From contig JBHLPG010000134.1 of NCBI GenBank assembly GCA_048939725.1, positions 1 through 9,955 of the forward strand: DNA of 9,955 nt, given 5' to 3'. The notes under the pieces were generated by a model. That model was given only the letters and a program-made list of their open reading frames with translations, was not told where the DNA came from and ran no database searches. Position numbers and translations under genes: made by a program. The DNA comes from Promethearchaeota archaeon (GTDB taxonomy: Archaea > Asgardarchaeota > Heimdallarchaeia > Hodarchaeales > Hodarchaeaceae). This document shows, piece after piece, positions 8,456 to 9,955 of the stretch (the stretch's first letter is position 1; every line of letters starts with the position of its first letter).

Positions 8456-9955
8456 ATGAGTAGCATCTCCGAGAATTTTCAGACCCTCTTATTTGGAAAT
8501 TTTAATTTCTTCGCCCAATATCAGTTTGAAAAATATTTCAAATCGAAATATAAATTGGGTGAAAAGCAGGTTCATTTGATTTCTTTCTCTTTTTTTGCCT
8601 TATCTCATTTCTTCATTGGATTTCAGATATTTCTTACCAAGAGGGTCATTTTTGAAGTAATATTGATTGAGATTATACTAATCATAACTCTGTTGAGGCT
8701 CTTCAACTACATCATTTATGTTGAATTCAAGGATTATTGCACTACAATAGAAACCATTGGGTACTTTGTTGTAAATGAGTTATTAATGATACTAGATACT
8801 TCAGTATCTTTGAAAGAGGCTACTAAATTCATTATATCGAGTAACTATCCTCTTTTTTCTGAAATATTTTCAGAAGCAATGATTTTAACACATTTCGGCA
8901 ATCCGTTGAATTTCGCATTAAAAACACTAATTCAGAAAAGGCTTTTTGGACGAATTCAAACAATATTCTTATATATTTTAGAAATTTGGGAAAATGGAAA
9001 AAATATTGCACTCCTCTCAAAGAACAGGATCCTTGGCAGGATATCCGATCAAATAACAGAGGAAACAAATAAAATTGACTCTTGGGCTTCTTTATCGGCT
9101 GGAATAATATTTCTAAGTCCCCCAGTTATATATTGCTTTCTATTAATTTCTGGGAATATGAGTATATTTTTCGGGATTTTAATCATAATTGGTATCATAA
9201 TTGGATCATTTTTTATCCATCCAGAAAAACATCTGACAGTATTTTCGAAAAATAATAAACTATTCTTATCTTATGATGTAAGATCCTTAGAACTCTTAGT
9301 TATTCTTTCAGAAAATTTATTAAGAGGAAAATCTTTCAATAAAAGCCTTAATAATACCTTAAATATAATGGAGATTGATTTACAAAAAGCAAGGACAAGA
9401 ATCACGGATCCATATACCAATTTTAGATTAGGTATTAAAGAAAGAAACGAAATCAGTGCGAATCTTTTAGCTGACTTTTTTCCTGAACGAATCATCCAGC
9501 TGATCCTTTTGATTAAAAAATTTTCAATGATCAATGTAATCATTGCAGGAGAAAAATTACAAGCAATAACAAATGAATTAAATAAAATCAATGAATTTCT
9601 AAGTAAAGGTGATGCACAACTTAAAGCAGCAAAATTACATGGAACTATAATTCAAGTGCTTGCCTTAATATCTCTAGGTTTTATTACTGGAGCCAGTTCT
9701 TTTTTTCTCCTTGTATCAAATATGTTGTATCATCCATTTACAGAATCCTCGTTACCAATGAATAATTCTGCCTTTGAATTGATTTATATGATGACAGCTT
9801 TAGTATTAAGCGTATTACCAATCAGGAGAATTAATATTAAAGGGCTCAAAAACATTGAAACAATTCCATGGAAGGAAATACTGGGATTTTCTAAATTCAT
9901 ATTGTTTTTAATGGTATATATATTTGTTAAAAACGTTTTAATGGGATTATATTAA
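8456..9955 (+). CDS. polytopic membrane protein with two T2SSF-like repeats (FlaJ/PilC/TadC-type platform protein), 499 aa
   Basis: ORF 8456..9955. The stop TAA is the last codon of the window. Two cytoplasmic helical segments are each followed by TM helices and fit the T2SSF pattern as I remember it. Repeat 1 spans aa ~98-230 (nt ~8747-9145): LLMILDTSVSLKEATKFIISSNYPLFSEIFSEAMILTHFGNPLNFALKT...LYILEIWENGKNIALL. Repeat 2 spans aa ~276-415 (nt ~9281-9700): LVILSENLLRGKSFNKSLNNTLN...LLADFFPERIIQLILLIKKFS...LQAITNEL. There are about 7-8 TM segments. The gene is divergently paired with a FlaI-type ATPase. Confidence 0.7.
   Translation: MSSISENFQTLLFGNFNFFAQYQFEKYFKSKYKLGEKQVHLISFSFFALSHFFIGFQIFLTKRVIFEVILIEIILIITLLRLFNYIIYVEFKDYCTTIETIGYFVVNELLMILDTSVSLKEATKFIISSNYPLFSEIFSEAMILTHFGNPLNFALKTLIQKRLFGRIQTIFLYILEIWENGKNIALLSKNRILGRISDQITEETNKIDSWASLSAGIIFLSPPVIYCFLLISGNMSIFFGILIIIGIIIGSFFIHPEKHLTVFSKNNKLFLSYDVRSLELLVILSENLLRGKSFNKSLNNTLNIMEIDLQKARTRITDPYTNFRLGIKERNEISANLLADFFPERIIQLILLIKKFSMINVIIAGEKLQAITNELNKINEFLSKGDAQLKAAKLHGTIIQVLALISLGFITGASSFFLLVSNMLYHPFTESSLPMNNSAFELIYMMTALVLSVLPIRRINIKGLKNIETIPWKEILGFSKFILFLMVYIFVKNVLMGLY

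Noticed and set aside
6726-9591. ORFs 6726..6914 (+), 8832..9068 (-) and 9271..9591 (-)
   Set aside because: They lie antisense inside the ATPase and platform genes, whose frames carry clear family motifs. They have no start context or motifs of their own.

Overview
This is a low-GC archaeal chromosomal segment with two very different halves. Positions 1-5124, all on the minus strand, hold the distal part of the canonical archaeal transcription/translation cluster. In transcription order it reads rpoA1 (RNAP A'), rpoA2 (A''), rpl30e, nusA, rps12, and rps12 runs off the left edge. These calls rest on unmistakable motifs: NADFDGDEMN and the zinc motifs in A', [10 protein letters not shown] in uS12, and two KH GxxG motifs in NusA. 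Positions 5467-9955 are more AT-rich and poorly conserved, and they look like the core of a divergent type IV filament / secretion-ATPase module. On the minus strand lie a 98-103 aa CxxC protein, a 466 aa FlaI/PilB/VirB11-family ATPase, and a run of small membrane ORFs (44, 173 and 61 codons). On the plus strand, across a 402-nt control region, lies a 499 aa polytopic membrane protein with two T2SSF-like (FlaJ/PilC/TadC) repeats. I found no pilin with a class III signal peptide, no prepilin peptidase, no RNA gene, no CRISPR array and no mobile-element gene. Three things stand out. The module sits exactly where rpoB is normally fused to rpoA1. The ATPase and platform genes are divergent rather than co-transcribed. 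The membrane ORFs are joined by a single in-frame TAA and by a 14-nt out-of-frame overlap. Novelty cannot be established without database searches. All family assignments are motif recognition by eye.
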